Source: Dipteris shenzhenensis (Eukaryota). From it: 64,000 bases of DNA. The notes beneath the pieces were generated by a model. The model was not told the origin of the DNA, made no database searches, and was given only the letters and a program-made list of their open reading frames with translations. This document shows positions 63,801-64,000 of this stretch, in pieces (the stretch's first letter is position 1; each line of letters begins with the position of its first letter). A program made the translations under genes and the position numbers. Location: NCBI GenBank assembly GCA_047967505.1, contig CM106538.1; one strand, written 5' to 3'.

Positions 63801-64000
63801 CGATTATCTCATTCCAAAAGTTAACCGACGCCAGTGGCGACAAGCCTTCACCAACAACGATGGCGTCGTTGACGGTCGGGACACCTATAAGATGAATTCA
63901 GGATGAAAACAGTAATTCAGAAGGCGTGACAACTCCTCCAAAATGTAGGATGGACGTACCTGGACTATAAGAGAAGGCAAAAGGAGCTCCTGGTATGTCG
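6736..64000 (-). CDS. Multi-exon host gene (5' part outside window): tandem filamin/Ig-like repeats followed by an IPT/TIG-like domain; GEX2/FUS1-like architecture
   Basis: Six exons join in frame through canonical GT-AG phase-1 introns. The repeats share a Q-A-x-D-x-[FY]-G-N-like core and a G-[SNA]-P-[FL]-like C-terminal motif. The 3' end below 7180 is uncertain. Confidence 0.85.
7074..7110 (-). CDS. Possible short exon ([13 protein letters not shown])
   Basis: Follows a 69-bp intron (7111-7179, ends TGTACAG); candidate donor GGAA|GTACGT. Alternatively reads through to the stop at 7040. Confidence 0.5.
7180..7458 (-). CDS. IPT/TIG-like domain exon ([25 protein letters not shown]...FSCKFGD...LECDTP...FTFY-like end), 279 bp
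   Basis: Acceptor TCTACAG|GT, donor TATG|GTGAG, phase 1-1. I-x-x-I-S-P / V-T-x-x-G-x-N / C-x-F / C-x-T-P spacing is typical of IPT/TIG. Confidence 0.82.
7701..7807. repeat. Tandem duplication, 54-bp period, 2 copies
   Basis: GTGGAAAACTCCATGATGAAGACATTGATGGCCCGTCCTACACTCCTCTTGTG occurs twice. Confidence 0.95.
8749..9049 (+). repeat. 5' LTR of gag-only element
   Basis: Matches 11114-11414 with 3 transitions seen. Confidence 0.95.
9916..10745 (+). pseudogene. gag: Copia-type gag with two CCHC zinc knuckles; frameshift/stop near 10490-10505
   Basis: [23 protein letters not shown]... then in a shifted frame [14 protein letters not shown] and [14 protein letters not shown]; stop TAA 10743-10745. 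Confidence 0.88.
11114..11414 (+). repeat. 3' LTR of gag-only element
   Basis: Matches 8749-9049; preceded by PPT. Confidence 0.95.
14230..14278. repeat. (CT)n microsatellite
   Basis: About 24 CT units. Confidence 0.97.
15828..16731. mobile_element. Non-autonomous Mutator-like element (MULE), 904 bp
   Basis: About 60-bp imperfect TIRs (15828-15890 / 16672-16731) with GG...CC ends; perfect 9-bp TSD CACTCTATG at 15819-15827 and 16732-16740. Confidence 0.85.
17305..19070 (-). pseudogene. Decayed intronless ORF: long coiled-coil + RING-H2-like domain + Lys-rich tail, probably TE-borne
   Basis: Consecutive ORF pieces 18980-17433 broken by stops and frameshifts; C-x2-(Y)-x14-C-x-H-x2-H-x2-(F)-x10-C-x2-C at 17753-17631. 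Confidence 0.65.
19520..19981. repeat. Degenerate ~240-bp tandem repeat array, left part (continues at 26183-26410)
   Basis: CATGGTAATGAGTGATTAG and GAGTACTAGAGT-CATGGTAATGAGT recur at about 19527, 19746 and across the Copia insertion. Confidence 0.75.
19982..20152 (-). repeat. 3' LTR of Copia
   Basis: Matches 26007-26177. Confidence 0.96.
20206..24302 (-). pseudogene. Copia gag-pol polyprotein with a few frameshifts and stops
   Basis: [14 protein letters not shown] knuckle, WILDSGAS protease, WHCRLGH/HSDVCGP/TDNGGE integrase, [11 protein letters not shown] and [14 protein letters not shown] and NPADMLTK RNase H. Confidence 0.95.
26007..26177 (-). repeat. 5' LTR of Copia
   Basis: Followed on the minus strand by the PBS. 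Confidence 0.96.
26183..26410. repeat. Right part of the tandem array split by the Copia
   Basis: TGCATGGTAATGAGT...TTAGGCTTCAT...TTTACTTTTGTGGTAATTACT matches 19745-19830. Confidence 0.75.
27608..27754. repeat. Near-perfect inverted repeat, ~55-bp arms, ~36-nt loop (MITE-like or hairpin-RNA-like)
   Basis: TGACAATATGGCCCTTGAGG...GGGACATATCGACATGC is reverse complementary to GCATGTCGATATGTCCC...CCTCAAGGGCCATATTGTCA except for one small internal mismatch. Confidence 0.9.
28200..30830. mobile_element. Highly degraded Copia-like remnants
   Basis: Scattered gag, protease, integrase and RT-like peptide traces; no intact ORF; boundaries approximate. Confidence 0.4.
29549..29686. repeat. Three copies of a 38-bp unit containing the palindrome ACTCCACAA-TATC-TTGTGGAGT
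   Basis: CACAATATCTTGTGGAGTTAAAGGTGGTATGGCATGTA at 29549, 29592 and 29649. Confidence 0.85.
31524..31832 (-). CDS. Filamin-like repeat exon ([11 protein letters not shown]...QAMDSFGN...[11 protein letters not shown]...GNYKINVTY), 309 bp
   Basis: Acceptor TTTTGTAG|GT, donor CAAG|GTAAG, open frame, phase 1-1; isolated between 29-kb and 24-kb introns. Confidence 0.92.
32050..36700 (-). mobile_element. Degraded Copia relic interrupted by LTR-like fragments (~33270-34420)
   Basis: RT motif [13 protein letters not shown] at about 32730-32770; QNGV integrase trace near 35220; gag traces at 36200-36500. Confidence 0.6.
37431..38797 (-). repeat. 3' LTR of Gypsy (contains a hAT insertion)
   Basis: Aligns to 53479-54516 once 37622-37925 is removed. 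Confidence 0.93.
37622..37917. mobile_element. Complete hAT-family MITE, 296 bp
   Basis: TIRs CATGGATGATTTTTT / AAAAACATCCCTG (Ac/Ds-like CAGGGATG), perfect 8-bp TSD ATGACGAC, empty site in the sister LTR near 53662. Confidence 0.93.
39128..41834 (-). pseudogene. Extra 3' ORF of the Gypsy (Ser/Pro-rich N-terminus, coiled-coil C-terminus), decayed
   Basis: ORF pieces 41834-40962 and 40928-40539, then ...[45 protein letters not shown]; same sense as gag-pol. Confidence 0.6.
41995..42178. repeat. ~18-bp tandem repeat (CCAAAGAAAAAGCTGTATG-like)
   Basis: About 10 degenerate units. Confidence 0.8.
42300..42830. repeat. G-rich minisatellite (GCATTGCAGGAGAGGGAGGAGTGGGAGGGGGGGT-like units)
   Basis: Recurrent ~20-35-bp units with G5-G9 runs. 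Confidence 0.85.
43521..44912. repeat. Purine-rich minisatellite, 44-49-bp unit (GTAAGAGAGAGGTAGAGGTGGACAGAGGGTGGAAAGAGAAGGGTTTT), roughly 30 copies
   Basis: Regular recurrence of GTAAGAGAGAGG and GGGTGGAAAG. Confidence 0.93.
44915..45290. repeat. ~43-bp tandem repeat (CACTTAGAGAGAGAAAGTGGCATGGGGTGAAAAAGGGAGGCCT)
   Basis: About 8 units directly downstream of integrase. Confidence 0.88.
45370..50250 (-). pseudogene. pol: Gypsy pol (PR-RT-RNaseH-INT), disrupted
   Basis: LDGGAAVNI...LLGRPWL protease; [37 protein letters not shown] RNase [16 protein letters not shown] and WIGPF integrase. Confidence 0.93.
48000..48444. mobile_element. Non-autonomous DNA element (hAT-like) inserted in the Gypsy RT, 445 bp
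   Basis: 13-bp TIR CCCAGGGGATTCA / TGAATCCCCCAGG with 2 mismatches; 8-bp TSD GGTAGATT; removal restores ARLIYPVD. Confidence 0.85.
51150..53400 (-). pseudogene. gag: Gypsy gag (Ser/Pro-rich N-terminus, retrotransposon-gag core, multiple zinc knuckles), disrupted
   Basis: [30 protein letters not shown] core; [16 protein letters not shown] plus further CCHC-like motifs. Confidence 0.85.
53479..54516 (-). repeat. 5' LTR of Gypsy
   Basis: Aligns to 37431-38797; followed on the minus strand by the PBS at 53456-53473. Confidence 0.93.
56305..57895. repeat. 1.6-kb compound microsatellite (TG)n/(TA)n/(TATG)n/(TATC)n/(CT)n/(CA)n
   Basis: Direct inspection. Confidence 0.98.
58334..60098 (+). mobile_element. 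Internally deleted Copia-type LTR element: full 972-bp 5' LTR, gag knuckle remnant, truncated 3' LTR
   Basis: TSD AGGCC on both sides; LTR 58334-59305; PBS TGGTATCATAGCC at 59306; [14 protein letters not shown]; about 59808-60098 repeats about 59017-59305. Confidence 0.88.
61086..61397 (-). CDS. Filamin-like repeat exon (HISPTQCVI...QARDTFGN...GDGLYASNF...[13 protein letters not shown]), 312 bp
   Basis: Acceptor TTTACAG|GT, donor CCAG|GTAAG, open frame, phase 1-1. Confidence 0.92.
62492..62767. mobile_element. hAT MITE copy of the 37622 family, one TIR lost, with an internal palindrome
   Basis: Ends GAAACTAACATGAAAAAATCATCCTTG, the reverse complement of the 37622 start; starts TATCGAAGGTATA like the 1168 copy. 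Confidence 0.78.
62994..63320 (-). CDS. Filamin-like repeat exon ([10 protein letters not shown]...QAQDSQG-like KAQDSQG...[19 protein letters not shown]...[10 protein letters not shown]), 327 bp
   Basis: Acceptor CGCAG|GG is the choice that preserves phase 1; donor CCCG|GTACA. Confidence 0.88.
63576..63884 (-). CDS. Filamin-like repeat exon ([16 protein letters not shown]...MRDSYGN...[25 protein letters not shown]), 309 bp
   Basis: Acceptor TATAG|GT, donor GCAG|GTAGA, open frame, phase 1-1. Confidence 0.9.
63960..64000 (-). CDS. Partial exon, end of a filamin-like repeat ([14 protein letters not shown])
   Basis: Donor CCAG|GTACGT at 63960/63959; 75-bp intron 63885-63959 ends in TTATAG. Confidence 0.8.

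Noticed and set aside
6736-64000. Assigning the symbol GEX2, or calling it a dynein heavy-chain N-terminus or true filamin
   Set aside because: Only repeat-level similarity is visible. No transmembrane, actin-binding, kelch or motor domain is in the window, so orthology cannot be claimed.

Overview
This is eukaryotic plant nuclear DNA. The very long TE-filled introns and CpG-depleted TEs suggest a large-genome plant such as a fern, but that is inference. One host gene runs on the minus strand from beyond 64000 to about 6.7-7.1 kb. It has at least five consecutive filamin/Ig-like repeat exons, each about 103-109 codons where complete and each bounded by phase-1 introns, followed by an IPT/TIG-like exon. 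The product resembles the GEX2/FUS1 class of filamin-repeat proteins. Two introns are 24,065 and 29,253 bp and hold nested transposons: a gag-only LTR element (8749-11414), a Mutator-like element (15828-16731), a full-length Copia (19982-26177), a 17-kb Gypsy (37431-54516), an internally deleted Copia (58334-60098), older Copia relics and a 1.6-kb microsatellite. The Gypsy carries purine-rich minisatellites, an extra 3' coiled-coil ORF and two 8-bp-TSD DNA-element insertions. The most unusual signals are the one-domain-per-exon filamin+IPT gene, a decayed intronless coiled-coil + RING-H2 ORF in TE context, and a possible recursive splice site at the end of the 24-kb intron. No rRNA, tRNA gene or CRISPR array is supported.
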